Source of the DNA: an uncultured Acidobacteriota bacterium
GTDB taxonomy: Bacteria > Acidobacteriota > UBA6911
Direction of reading: 5' to 3'
Assembly: GCA_963809485.1 (NCBI GenBank)
Contig: CAWEJX010000020.1
Coordinates: 992,001-1,056,000 of the forward strand
Length of the DNA: 64,000 nt
Within the stretch, counting starts at the first letter, position 1; every line of letters begins with the position of its first letter. The position numbers and the translations under genes are program-made. The notes under the pieces are model-generated. The model made no database searches. It was not told the DNA's origin and saw nothing but the letters and a program-made list of their open reading frames with translations. This document shows, in pieces, positions 40,459 to 50,510 of this stretch.

Positions 40459-40907
40459 CCATGTCAGAAATACTGCTCAAATTCCTAGGATTTTCAAGGG
40501 CATGTCAGGAGTTCTGAAATTAGCAGGGGCACAAGAACCGCCGCATGAGACAGGGCTGAAATGTGCGACCATACCGTTTGCCAATCGAACCCCTTTTTCA
40601 TCAAGATCCCGGTAGATTTTCGTAGATGCCCCAAACCCTGCAGCATAGGTCGCATTGTTTGTCTCTTTGTCATAATAGAGAGAGATGAAGTAGCCGTGAT
40701 CCCTGATCTCGCCCCAAGCAAATTCAATTGCTTTCGGATCGTCCAACCAAGGCAATTTCGAAGGAAGAAGGATCGGGATTTGTATCTTGCCGACGATTTG
40801 AGCAAGCGCAGGCCTAAAAACCTGGGCTGGTTCATTCGTCTCTGCAATTGCCCAATTCAGCACTGAAGCGTTCCAAAAGATCAATGTCAAACCGATTTTG
40901 AGTGCTA

Positions 40908-42064
40908 TATAGGTGCGCATAAATAATTCGACATTATCGCCGCAATAGGCAATAATGTCGATATGCGCCCAATATTCGCCCAAGGAAACAAAAGCACCAT
41001 CTCTAAGTTGCTTAAACTTCGGCTCCAAGCACAGAAGGATAAAGTGCCGCGAGTAGTTCTCCGCATCCAGGGCATTCTGATGAGCCTGGCAGGACACACG
41101 ACAGGGATAATAGCCGATACACTAAAGGTGCATCGCAGTATCGTTCCGCTGTGGATCGATCACTGGAATCGTCATCGCTCCGAGGGATTGTGGGAAGGGC
41201 AGCGAAGCGGTCGGCCCAGCGGCCTGAGCCCGAAAGAGCGAGAGAAACTGTGCGACATTCTTGATAGCGGACCCGTAGCATATGGTTTGGAAACCGGGAT
41301 CTGGACCAGCCCGCTGGTCTGCCAAGTCATCGAAGAGGAATTCGGCCGGCAATATCACCCAGGGCATGTACGCAAACTACTCCGGGACTTGGGGTACTCA
41401 GTGCAACGTCCCACGACGCGGCTGGTACAGGCTGATTTGAAGCAAAAGCATAAATGGGTGCGCTACACGTACCCGAATCTAAAAAAAACGCCCAAAGTGA
41501 AGGGGCGGTGATCGTTTTCGAAGACGAGGCTTCATTTCGGCAGATGCCAACGCTGCATGCCACGTGGGCCAAACGGGGCAGCCAGCCGCAGATTCCTACG
41601 CGGGGAGAGCGCAATACGCAAAAGATCTTCGGCGCCGTCCGCCTGGACAACGCCAGCTTTATTTATCTGCACCAGCAAGATTATTTTCAGTGGGAAACTT
41701 ATTTAGCTTTCCTGGAGCAAGTCCTGGTACCCGCCTTTTACCGCCGGCGCCACCGGATCTACTTGGTGCAAGACAATGCGTCGTATCACAAAAAGGAGGA
41801 AACCTATAACTGGTTTGCTGCGAACCGCCGATACGTCGAGGTCTTCCAACTTCCCCCCTATTGGCCGGAACTGAATGCGACGGAACGGGTCTGGAACTAT
41901 ACGCGCAAGCACGTCACGCACAATCGGTTCTTTGAGAGACCGGAGGATCTTTGCAGCTGCCTCTTCGACAGATTCGATCATATTCAACATTATCCGCAAG
42001 AGATCGCAGGTCTACTTTGTCCCTTTTTTTGAATTTGATGTCGAATTATTTATGCGCACCTATA
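40908..42064 (+). mobile_element. IS630 family element; two ORFs (40963-41511, ~41480-42032) joined by a -1 frameshift
   Basis: Perfect IR TATAGGTGCGCATAAATAATTCGACAT; TA duplication; A8 slippery site at ~41481; DEA, DNASYH and PELNATE motifs. Confidence 0.93.
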
Positions 42065-42558
42065 TAGATGTATAAATACATCTAGACAGATTCAAAAGTC
42101 AATCTGAAAAATGAGTGCGAAAATAGAAAAATCAGACAAAGCGAGCGGGAAGAACGGGAATTCGAGGATCAGGCCGGGGTCAAGGCGGCAATCTCCATAG
42201 ATGTTCCGAGATGGCTGTTCAGAGGAGTCAACGGAATAGGCATTCAGTTCCGCAGGCCTGGAGCTCAAGCCAACCGCGCCGTTGCCAAATTGGCGTCTGC
42301 ATCGTAGAAACAAAAGAACGCGAGACGGCCAAGACGCCCCGGGCATAACGGTCGAGAGCTAGTCAAGCGGTTTTTAAATCACTGTTTTGGGGAGGGATTT
42401 TGCCCGTGAAGATTAATGGATTTTGAGAAAAGCTCTATCCATGAGTTGTGTTCGGGTGTAGAAATGTTTTGTGAGATTAGGGTCTCTGGGTCTGCGGCAT
42501 GACTGGTACTGGACGTAATCTGGTCCCAAATTGATTCGACAGGGAAAGAGGGAGTTTC

Positions 42559-43461
42559 ATGATTAGCCTCAGGTTTCTGTATCTGTTTGTTCTTATATAT
42601 TTTGTGACTCCGTTTGTCTCCTCGGCAAGGGAAATCGCTCCCTTTGTTTCAACTGACTGGCTTGAGCAAAATTTGAACTCCCCTGGCTTGTTGATCTTCG
42701 ATGTCAGGAACGCTGCGGATTACAACAGGAGGCATATCCCCGGCTCCGTAAATTCCAACACGAGTTCATGGGCTGTCAACAAAAACGGGCTTCTGCGTGA
42801 ACTTCCGAGCGATCGTGACCTGCTGGAACTGCTGAGTTCGTTAGGAATTAGGGAAGACTCAAAAGTTGTGGCCGTTGGCAGTGGAACAGGCGATTTCGAT
42901 CGAGCCGATACCGTCAGGGTCGCGTGGACCATTCTCATCTCCGGAGTTAAGAACGTAGCTGTACTCGATGGCGGGTTTTCGAAATGGCTCAAGGAAAAAA
43001 AAGCTGTGACTGAAGAACAATCTATGCCACAACCAGCAGAGTACAAAGGCAAAGTGAATGGCTCAGCGGAAGTGACAAGAAAGTACGTTCTAAGCAAAAT
43101 TGGGAAGTCCATTATTGTGGATACTAGGCCCCCCGAGGTTTACTTCGGTATCGAGACAGAATCGTGGGCTCAAAAGCCAGGTCATATCAAAAGTGCGGTC
43201 AATCTGCCAACTCCATGGATATTTACCAAAGAAGGAATTCTGAGAAACCAGAGCGAACTGGAAAGCATGGCAACTGCAGTTATGGGCTCGAACAAGTCAG
43301 AGGAATACATCCTCTACTGCGGGGTCGGGGCTTACGCTACGGTTTGGTCTTATATAATGACTGAATTGCTGGGTTACAAAGACGTAAAGGTCTATGACGG
43401 CGCGATGCAAGAGTGGATTACAGATCCGTCAGGACCGATTAGTCTATACGGCTGGCATTAG
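42559..43461 (+). CDS. Secreted tandem rhodanese/sulfurtransferase
   Basis: VSTDWL, HIPG, LDGG, GHIKSAVN, YCGVG and YDGAMQEW motifs; signal peptide. Confidence 0.9.
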   Translation: MISLRFLYLFVLIYFVTPFVSSAREIAPFVSTDWLEQNLNSPGLLIFDVRNAADYNRRHIPGSVNSNTSSWAVNKNGLLRELPSDRDLLELLSSLGIREDSKVVAVGSGTGDFDRADTVRVAWTILISGVKNVAVLDGGFSKWLKEKKAVTEEQSMPQPAEYKGKVNGSAEVTRKYVLSKIGKSIIVDTRPPEVYFGIETESWAQKPGHIKSAVNLPTPWIFTKEGILRNQSELESMATAVMGSNKSEEYILYCGVGAYATVWSYIMTELLGYKDVKVYDGAMQEWITDPSGPISLYGWH

Positions 43462-43837
43462 TGAATCACTCTGCAAGAACACTCTGGACAGAATAACCAT
43501 CACTTCGGCAACGCCCATGTCTTTGACCCTTACCCCCTTTTGCAGAACTTCAGAAACATAACCGAGAGGAGATAACGAGACAAACGCAACTCACCGGCAG
43601 AGACGAAGCAGGGAGGGGTGGTTCCTCGACCATGATCAGAGGTGTGGAGATGTTGGCGGATAACCCAAGATAGAAGCTGGTCAGTCGAGAAAAAACCTCG
43701 CTCATTTAGGGATCAGTATTTATTGAGATTGCAGCGCCCCCATGAGCATTCTCGCTTCAACGTGTATATTGGGACTGGCAAATAGCCTACAAAATCGCCG
43801 GGCTTTGAATAATCTTGAACGTACTAAAATCCAGCCG

Positions 43838-44959
43838 CTACGTACACAGCTGGTTCTCTAACGGCAACCTCAGCATGCTTACGGCGTTCCGAGTGAATAT
43901 CTTCATTTTCTCAGTCTCGGGAATACTCATTTGCGCAACCGAGGATATCATTTGTTCATTCATCGGACTCAAGGGATCGCCCGTTCCAAAAAGCATTCGA
44001 TCCGCGCCGAAGAAGTCATATCTACGCATCAGTTCATCCGAATTCCCATGACAGGCAGTGTCGTTATAGAACCTGCGGAAATGCTCCTCCAGCGTGCAAA
44101 GGAGGGGCTTTGTTCCGCTTTCATGCCCGCCAGTCGTCCCCTTCAACTGTTTCTCGAAGTAGGGCAGTATCGCAGCACAGTGGCGGGTTATGAACTTGAT
44201 GTTAGGATAATCGTTGAAAATACCCGCCTTCACCAGGCGGTACGTGGCAACGGAAGTTTCAATTGCCCAGGTGAGAATTCCTTCCTCCTGGTCGAGGCCG
44301 TCATAGACACTAGGATGAAGCCAGATCGGAAGGTCATATCCTGTCATTTTCTTCCATAACGGTTTGAATTGCAGCTGGTCCAATGACCCTCCCGCTACGC
44401 GAGTGCATATTTGCACCCCCTTAAATCCTAGCTGGGTAATTGTGCGGTCTGCCTCCTGTAAGGCGGCGTCCATGTTGTTCGTGGGCAGGCATGCCACGGC
44501 GGCAGCGAATTTATGCGGATATTTTGCCAGCAATTCGGCTAGCTCGTCATTGGCTAGTGCGGCTAATTCAGCCGCCTGGTTCGGCGTGACATAAATGTCC
44601 TGAGGTGGGCTGGCAATCGTCAGGACCTGTAACACGTCAGGGAATCTGTCCATGAGCCTCATTCGGTAATCGATGTCGGAAATCGCCCTGCTTCTAGCCT
44701 CGACATGGGCGATGGCATTATTTTTCTTTGCATAAGCCGCCAGATACTTGCGGGGCAAAACCTGCGCAAAAACATCGATTTTTAACGCGTCCTTGGCCGC
44801 GGCATAGACGACCTCCGCTTTTGCCTTCAGAGTCGGAGCAGCGACAGCTGTGCTACTGCCCAATGCGCCTGCGACAGTTACTCCAGCCGCACCTGCGGCT
44901 ACATTCCTCACGAAATCCCTGCGCGTCGTGCATCTTTGGTTTTTTTTGGCGGAGCTCAT
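43838..44959 (-). CDS. Tat-signal amidohydrolase_2 family protein with degenerate metal ligands
   Basis: TRRDFV Tat motif; NDELAEL, GFKGVQI and PIWLHP motifs; FGTG in place of FGTD. Confidence 0.8.
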   Translation of the reverse strand: MSSAKKNQRCTTRRDFVRNVAAGAAGVTVAGALGSSTAVAAPTLKAKAEVVYAAAKDALKIDVFAQVLPRKYLAAYAKKNNAIAHVEARSRAISDIDYRMRLMDRFPDVLQVLTIASPPQDIYVTPNQAAELAALANDELAELLAKYPHKFAAAVACLPTNNMDAALQEADRTITQLGFKGVQICTRVAGGSLDQLQFKPLWKKMTGYDLPIWLHPSVYDGLDQEEGILTWAIETSVATYRLVKAGIFNDYPNIKFITRHCAAILPYFEKQLKGTTGGHESGTKPLLCTLEEHFRRFYNDTACHGNSDELMRRYDFFGADRMLFGTGDPLSPMNEQMISSVAQMSIPETEKMKIFTRNAVSMLRLPLENQLCT

Positions 44960-45216
44960 TGCTACCTCCGTTCTCTGATGAAGTAAAGCCTTATTCTACG
45001 ACTATTCGGGAAAACTTGGAACCACAATGGCACCCCAATTTCCTATCCCGGATCAGGCAATCAGTCTTTGCGCTCAAAAAAACATCGCGGGCAACGGGCT
45101 CATTCTGCTAGCTGCAGATTACCGGCCCGTTGCGTGCGCGTCGCATATGTTGACATACATCAGAACCACGGACTATAGTATTGGGAACTGCTTGACCTTT
45201 TTGGGGGGATTAAATC

Positions 45217-45471
45217 TTGGCTATTGAGATCCAAATCAGCAAGCAAGCGCAGATCGCGATGTCGCAGCGTCGCATCCTGGAGGAAGACATCAGGCCGGTC
45301 ATCGAAGAGGCAGAGACGAGCGGGACAAAGCTCTATCAACCGGGTACGGACCTATATCTGGCCAAAAAAACCACCGACTATGCGACATTCTACGCAAAAT
45401 ATTCCTATACTCCCCCAGTTTACACGATTCATACTGTGTACATGCACCGGTCGAAAATTATTGAGGGTTAG
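45217..45471 (+). CDS. Small protein resembling the C-terminal domain of DVU_1558-like oxidoreductases
   Basis: RRILEEDIRPVIEEAETSGTKL...YLAKK...TFYAKY; recognised from recall and gene context. Confidence 0.55.
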   Translation: MAIEIQISKQAQIAMSQRRILEEDIRPVIEEAETSGTKLYQPGTDLYLAKKTTDYATFYAKYSYTPPVYTIHTVYMHRSKIIEG

Positions 45472-45474
45472 GCG

Positions 45475-45657
45475 GTGGAAAAGTGGAGCTGCTACAAGGA
45501 CAAAGTAGAAATGGAGGAAGTCAAGGTAGCAGCAAGTTACCTTGACGCTACACAATACGTACAGGGATTTAGGTGTCCTAAATGCGGTGTCGCTTATCTC
45601 ATGGAACAAGTTTCCCAGCAGCTGTGCGACGGCGAAGAGCTGGTGGAGCCCAAGTGA
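45475..45657 (+). CDS. DVU_1557-like small redox/zinc-ribbon protein
   Basis: W-x-C-x-K-D...SYL...RCPKCGVAYL-x-E...E..VE-x-K pattern. Confidence 0.68.
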   Translation: MEKWSCYKDKVEMEEVKVAASYLDATQYVQGFRCPKCGVAYLMEQVSQQLCDGEELVEPK

Positions 45658-45852
45658 GATTTCGATGCTGGGGGAAGGGCATAAGCACAGGACTTTGCCC
45701 CTTAAGGTTGGATCCTATTCTGAAAGTTGGCTAAGCAAAAGTCTGTTTGGATCGAAGGGGCTTCTTTGCTCAGGTAGCCTGACAGCCCGGCGGCGAGTGT
45801 TGCTTTACAGCTGGGAAGAGATGGAGAGTTCGCGCTTGCTGCAGGAGCAGAA

Positions 45853-47223
45853 ATGGAATGCGCTCAACTTGAAGTCTACCTAGCCGGTAAGATCGAAGAA
45901 GCCCAAGATTCGGATTCAGCGCAGGCGCATCTGCTCACCAGCAGGGTCAGGCGGCTGAACAGGGAGGATATCGAACGTTACCAGCTCCTGCGGCTTAAAA
46001 GTGCTCTCACCTATGCCTACACCCGCAGTTCATTTTATCGTACTGCCTTTGATTCGCAGCGCATTAGGCCCGAGGATCTGAAATCGCCAACGGACCTGAC
46101 CTTGTTTCCGTTCACTGAGCCAAGCGAAATGGCGCGAGATCCTTACGCTTTTGCCTGCGTATCCCAAGCGCTTATCGCGCGGGCCATCACCTTTTTTTCC
46201 TCAGGCACCACCGGCCCAAAGAAACGAGTCTTCTTCACGGAAGGAGATTTGGAGCGAATAACGGACTTTATGGCGGCTGGCATGCGCACGGTGGCCTCGG
46301 CTGGAGACGCCGTTCAGATCATGCTGCCGGCTGGGCCGGCCAACAGCCAGGCCGATCTTCTATCCAAGGGAGTCAGAAAAATGGGCGGCGTGTCCATCGT
46401 CACCGGAACGGCAGCAACAGACGTGCAGATAGACTCCATAAAGCGGCACCATCCCAAGGTGTTGTTCGGTTACACATCAAACGTCTATCGGTTAACCCTT
46501 GAAGCGCAGAGACAGTTTGACCTTTCCGGGCTCGGAGTGCATACCGTGTTCCTCAGTTCAGAGTATCTGTCTTCAACTATGAGGAGGAATATGAGGCGGA
46601 TCTGGCAGGCCGAGATAGTTACCCACTACGGGCTGACAGAGATGGGGCTCGGGGTAGCCGTGGAATGCAGCGGCGGCGATGGCTATCACTTCAATGAAGC
46701 GGATCTTTTTCTGGAGGTCATCGATCCGGAAACCGGCAGGGTTCTGCCCTTGGGCCAAGAAGGGGAGCTGGTCTTTACTACGCTGACACGCGAGGCGATG
46801 CCGCTTCTTAGGTACAGGACTCACGACATTGCTGGGATAGTCGGGCGGCCCTGCATGTGCGGCGCCGGAAGTTTGCTCAAGTTCGGCACTGTCGCCCGCC
46901 GACGCGAGGATCTTGCCAAAATCGGCAACCAAATCATAAGCTCAGCGCTTCTGGACGAGGCACTTTTTGGCTTGACGGCAGTTTTGGACTGGCGCGCCAA
47001 GCTTCTCCGGGATGCTTCCGGGGAAAGGCTTTGCATTCGTGCTGAAAAAGCGCCGGACGGACGCCTGGAGGAAGAAGACGTCCGAAGGGTACTGCTGTCA
47101 GTCGACGCCATTCGCCAATGCTTTCAAGAAGGCAGCCTCGATGCAATTGATGTGGAAGTGCTGCCGGCGGGAAGCCTAGTGTGTAAGACCAGCGCGAAAA
47201 AGCTGATCGTCGACAACCGCTAG
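45853..47223 (+). CDS. Phenylacetate-CoA-ligase-like AMP-dependent ligase (DVU_1553-like)
   Basis: SSGTTGPKKRVFFTEGDLE, HYGLTEMG and GELVFTTLTREAMPLLRYRTHD motifs. Confidence 0.88.
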   Translation: MECAQLEVYLAGKIEEAQDSDSAQAHLLTSRVRRLNREDIERYQLLRLKSALTYAYTRSSFYRTAFDSQRIRPEDLKSPTDLTLFPFTEPSEMARDPYAFACVSQALIARAITFFSSGTTGPKKRVFFTEGDLERITDFMAAGMRTVASAGDAVQIMLPAGPANSQADLLSKGVRKMGGVSIVTGTAATDVQIDSIKRHHPKVLFGYTSNVYRLTLEAQRQFDLSGLGVHTVFLSSEYLSSTMRRNMRRIWQAEIVTHYGLTEMGLGVAVECSGGDGYHFNEADLFLEVIDPETGRVLPLGQEGELVFTTLTREAMPLLRYRTHDIAGIVGRPCMCGAGSLLKFGTVARRREDLAKIGNQIISSALLDEALFGLTAVLDWRAKLLRDASGERLCIRAEKAPDGRLEEEDVRRVLLSVDAIRQCFQEGSLDAIDVEVLPAGSLVCKTSAKKLIVDNR

Positions 47224-47769
47224 CAAAACACTTTCTTGGTTGTCTTCCGCAAAAAATTCTGGAGGCACCAATTACCGTTGCACTTGATTTTCATGCAGCG
47301 ATTTCCATGAAGGCATAGGAAGGATTAGCTGCCTCCTTGGTTCCAGGTTCCTCAGGGGCCTCTCCCTGTTTGATCCCGTAGGAATGCTGATAAGGTGTGA
47401 TAGGTAACCTTCAGAGATCCGATCTCACCAATTGATCGAAATCGGCATTATCTTACATGCGGACTGTGTATGTTCCGAGGCTAAACGCTGAGAGCTGAAA
47501 GCTGATAGCGCGCGGCCTCCAAGAATCTCGACTACTTGGTTGCGGCCTTGGGCCGCGCCAGGGAGTGATAGGGCCTGTTTTTCGACAAACACGAAGGAAT
47601 AATTGACGCATTCGATCCTGAGTGTATATGCCTCTGCACTTGATGGTCATGTTTTTCCCGTCTTTGAGAATCGTTCGTGTACCCCTTCCAGTGGAGAGGG
47701 AAAATCCGTCTGGCATCGTACCTGGTTTAAGACCTGTTTGCACCGCCGCAATCTGTGGCCCAAGAGCAG

Positions 47770-47910
47770 AACTGTCTCCTGCCAAAGGACTCCAGCTCGT
47801 CCGGTATTATGGGGACTATAGCAACAAGTCCCGAGGACCACGGCGGCGCCTAAACCTGCCGCCGAGACTGGGCGCGCCTTATTCGCAAAGTGTATCGTGC
47901 CGATCACCGG
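47770..47910 (+). pseudogene. IS91-family transposase C-terminal remnant
   Basis: KGLQLVRYYGDYSNKSRG, then WARLIRKVY in another frame. Confidence 0.65.
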
Positions 47911-47965
47911 ATTCAATACATTTTCACCGCATATTGAGCATGAGCATGGTAGTTGATGGTTTTTG

Positions 47966-48545
47966 GGTCCTTCCGTCATCTACGGTTGTTACGCTGCCAT
48001 TTTCTGTTCTCTGACTCTACTTAAAACTGCCTTTACGTAAATAAAAATGATCACAAAAAGAATTCGCCGCTGATCAGCCATGAATACCTCCCTGAAGCTG
48101 AGTCGTTTGGAGACCAATCCGGCCTGTGACAAGAGGCGGCTGCTTTTTCGAGCCAGCGATCGACGGTATTCCAAGCAATTCGCTTTAACCGAGCAATCGC
48201 GGACTTGTTCAGTCCCTCAACGCTGAGATTGAAAACATCATCGAAAGTTGTGCGTCGGTGTTGGATTCGATGGTAGGGTGTTCCGGAATTGGAGCAGAAG
48301 GTTTTGCCGCAAGTGCCGCAACGATATCGACGACGATGCCCCCACTTGGTTTTGTAGAATCCGTGGCCGATGATGTTTCCGAAAACGGCTTTTCCCGCCA
48401 GTGGACATTCCCTGTTTGGGCAGCTGAGACTCTTCATTGTTTTTGAACCGTGTCAATGATGGAACTGATTGCATGGAATTGAGTTTCAAACTATATCATG
48501 TGTGGGAGTTACGGTCGCCCTGCCAACAGTCGACGGCGGAAGCAC
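47966..48545 (-). mobile_element. Internally deleted IS1-family derivative of the 51399-54940 element
   Basis: Near-identical ends; transposase 5' and 3' parts fused at ~48126; IRs GGTGCTTCCGCCGTCGAC and GGTCCTTCCGTCATCTAC. Confidence 0.88.
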
Positions 48546-48651
48546 CACTTGGGGCGGATACCTGCTCAGTTGACAGAAAAGCCCTTGTGGGAAGTAGCGA
48601 ATCAACTGACCATGTAACGTGCAAACCAAAAACAGCGAGCATCATTCCACT

Positions 48652-48873
48652 TCAATTTTGCTGATTATTGATTTCCTGGCAGCCAATCAAATTATCGGGA
48701 TCCACATTCACTGTTTTCTCTTGTGCACCCAATAGAACGCTGATCTTTATTCGGCGAGGGCAGACTCGGACCACGATTGCCGGGATTTGAGCTACTCTCC
48801 AGCCAGTAACAAAAGACCGTCCTGGTGAACGGAGCCAGATTACGTGATCTCCCGGTCGCATGTCGTACCCCAT
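48652..48873 (-). CDS. Small SH3/KOW-like hypothetical protein in the replication operon
   Basis: MRPGDHVIW...AIVVRV...VDPDNL; directly downstream of the DnaC-like gene. Confidence 0.55.
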   Translation of the reverse strand: MGYDMRPGDHVIWLRSPGRSFVTGWRVAQIPAIVVRVCPRRIKISVLLGAQEKTVNVDPDNLIGCQEINNQQN

Positions 48874-48877
48874 CATC

Positions 48878-49600
48878 TCAAACCTCAATGACTCTGCACA
48901 TGTCGTCAAGGCGGCGGACGATGGCAGGATGCATGCGCTCGTGTTCGACAAGGTTACGCATCGAGTAATTTCCGGTTACGGTCAGGCCGTGTTTCTGACG
49001 GTAGAGGCTGTCGACCAGATCGAAGAGGACCTCGGTTTTGAAGTCTGTCAGCTTCAACTTGTCAATGTCGTCCCAGAACAAGTGATACGCTTCGCGTCGG
49101 GATGCGGCGGCGAGCACAGGTGACACGAAAGCTTCGTCGAATTCAGCGCGTCGCAGTTCCTCAACGAGTTCCCGGGTCGTGCGCACGTGACAACGCACGT
49201 TTCCGAAAACCACGATTTTCCGATACTGGGCGTAGAGCAGATGAGTTTTGCCGTTCCCATAGGCACCGGTGAGATACCAGCTGCCGCTGGGATCTTTCCG
49301 CATCAGAGAAAGGGCACGTTGCTGCTTCGGATCACGCGGCTTGAAAGATTCGAAAGAGCAGTCCTTGAACCGTTCCGGAATGCGTTCCAGATAGCGAGCC
49401 CGTGCCTTCTCTGCCACACACTCACATTGCTTCATTCCGGCACTTTCCGGCAGATCAATCCATCGCCAGCCGCTGTCCCTGCAATGCGGACATTCATATT
49501 CACGTTCATTGACGGGGCCGATATATGAGATCTCCGCGGCTCGTTCTTCGGCTCGAAGTGCCGCCGGGCTCGCAGTCAAAATTCGTGCCACTGATTGCAT
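48878..49600 (-). CDS. DnaC/IstB-like AAA+ helicase loader
   Basis: Zn motif CPHC..CEC, IPERF, Walker A GAYGNGKT, Walker B LFWDD. Confidence 0.88.
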   Translation of the reverse strand: MQSVARILTASPAALRAEERAAEISYIGPVNEREYECPHCRDSGWRWIDLPESAGMKQCECVAEKARARYLERIPERFKDCSFESFKPRDPKQQRALSLMRKDPSGSWYLTGAYGNGKTHLLYAQYRKIVVFGNVRCHVRTTRELVEELRRAEFDEAFVSPVLAAASRREAYHLFWDDIDKLKLTDFKTEVLFDLVDSLYRQKHGLTVTGNYSMRNLVEHERMHPAIVRRLDDMCRVIEV

Positions 49601-49613
49601 TGTGCCCTCCGTT

Positions 49614-50390
49614 TCAGTTGGTTGGCGCCGCCGCTGGACCGTCGTATTTCCCCTCCAGCACCGCGTAGACGTTCACGTGATTCGCAACAAACCAGTCGAA
49701 GCTCGCCCGCCATCCGCGCGCACCCTCCCCGCGAAGGAAGGGGGTCTGCTGAGCCTTCTTGACTGCCTCCGAAAAATCTGCGAGGTATTGTTCAAGGCAT
49801 CCGTCGCGGACGGCCTGGTCAATCCTTGACCGGCACTTTTTCAGCCTTTCGGCTGTAAGCGCCTTCACCTCGGGCAGCGATTGGTTTTGTTGCTTGTAGA
49901 TTTCAAAAAGGATTTTGGAAGATACGCGGTCGCCGTCGCCAGACGGCATGTGTGTGTCTTTCTTTTCTACTTCTTTAAAACCTTCTTTTACTACTTCTTT
50001 TATTTTGTATCGCTCGGCGTACCGCTTCCCGTATCGCTCGCCGTACCGCGTCTGGTTGTAAGTCTCGTAATTGCAGACAATAAAGTGTCCCGCTTCCTGT
50101 ACCGGTTGCCGTACCGCTTCGCGTACCACCCGCGAAATCATTGAGTGTTCGAGCAACTGGTCGATGAAACGCTGGGTTTTGCCGTGGCTCCAGTTGAAGC
50201 ACTCGGATAGGTAACGGATGCTGGCCACGAACTCTCCTCTCTTGAGTCCGGTCTTCTCGTCATCCTTGCCGGCGGCCAGAACATTAATAATGTAGAGCCA
50301 AGCTTCAAGCCGGGAGAACTTCTTCCCGGGCTCGCAGAGAAGGGGATTTGCCCAGATCTTCCTCCAGAGGAGCGTGTAGCCTCGGTTCAT
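49614..50390 (-). CDS. Phage-type replication initiator
   Basis: GY..LWRKI N-terminal wHTH; C-terminal FLRG...GWRASFDW..VLEGKY; internal 12-bp repeats. Confidence 0.82.
   Translation of the reverse strand: MNRGYTLLWRKIWANPLLCEPGKKFSRLEAWLYIINVLAAGKDDEKTGLKRGEFVASIRYLSECFNWSHGKTQRFIDQLLEHSMISRVVREAVRQPVQEAGHFIVCNYETYNQTRYGERYGKRYAERYKIKEVVKEGFKEVEKKDTHMPSGDGDRVSSKILFEIYKQQNQSLPEVKALTAERLKKCRSRIDQAVRDGCLEQYLADFSEAVKKAQQTPFLRGEGARGWRASFDWFVANHVNVYAVLEGKYDGPAAAPTN
50008..50130. repeat. Iteron-like 12-bp repeats (consensus ~CGTAYCGCTYSS) within the rep gene
   Basis: Two clusters with 12-nt period, encoding RYGERYGKRYAERY and VREAVRQPVQEA. Confidence 0.65.
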
Positions 50391-50510
50391 GATGATCCCC
50401 GATCAAGCGTGATCGCGGTCAAAATCGTCCGCGGTCACGCTTGCGTTTTGTTTGCATCTGGAGGTTGCACAGGTTGGAATAAGTATGAATATTTGGCAGG
50501 AAAACGCGTA

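Larger units (their letters stand above)
37814..40516 (-). mobile_element. IS with a 755-aa transposase, 16-bp IR and 5-bp TSD
   Basis: IR CAGAACTCCTGACATG at both ends; TSD AAATT at 37809-37813 and 40517-40521. Confidence 0.9.
37682..42095 (-). pseudogene. Secreted ~180-aa protein gene split by two IS
   Basis: Pieces 42095-42067, 40907-40517 and 37813-37682 rejoin in frame: MNLSRCIYTSIALKIG...CGGSCAPANLWWVQNGIEYQIQIK...RIK*. Confidence 0.8.

Noticed and set aside
40477-41097. 206-aa ORF as a real gene
   Set aside because: It is a chimera of IS630 antisense sequence, the split gene's middle piece and the next IS end.
48652-50390. Intact prophage
   Set aside because: No terminase, capsid, tail or lysis genes anywhere in the window.
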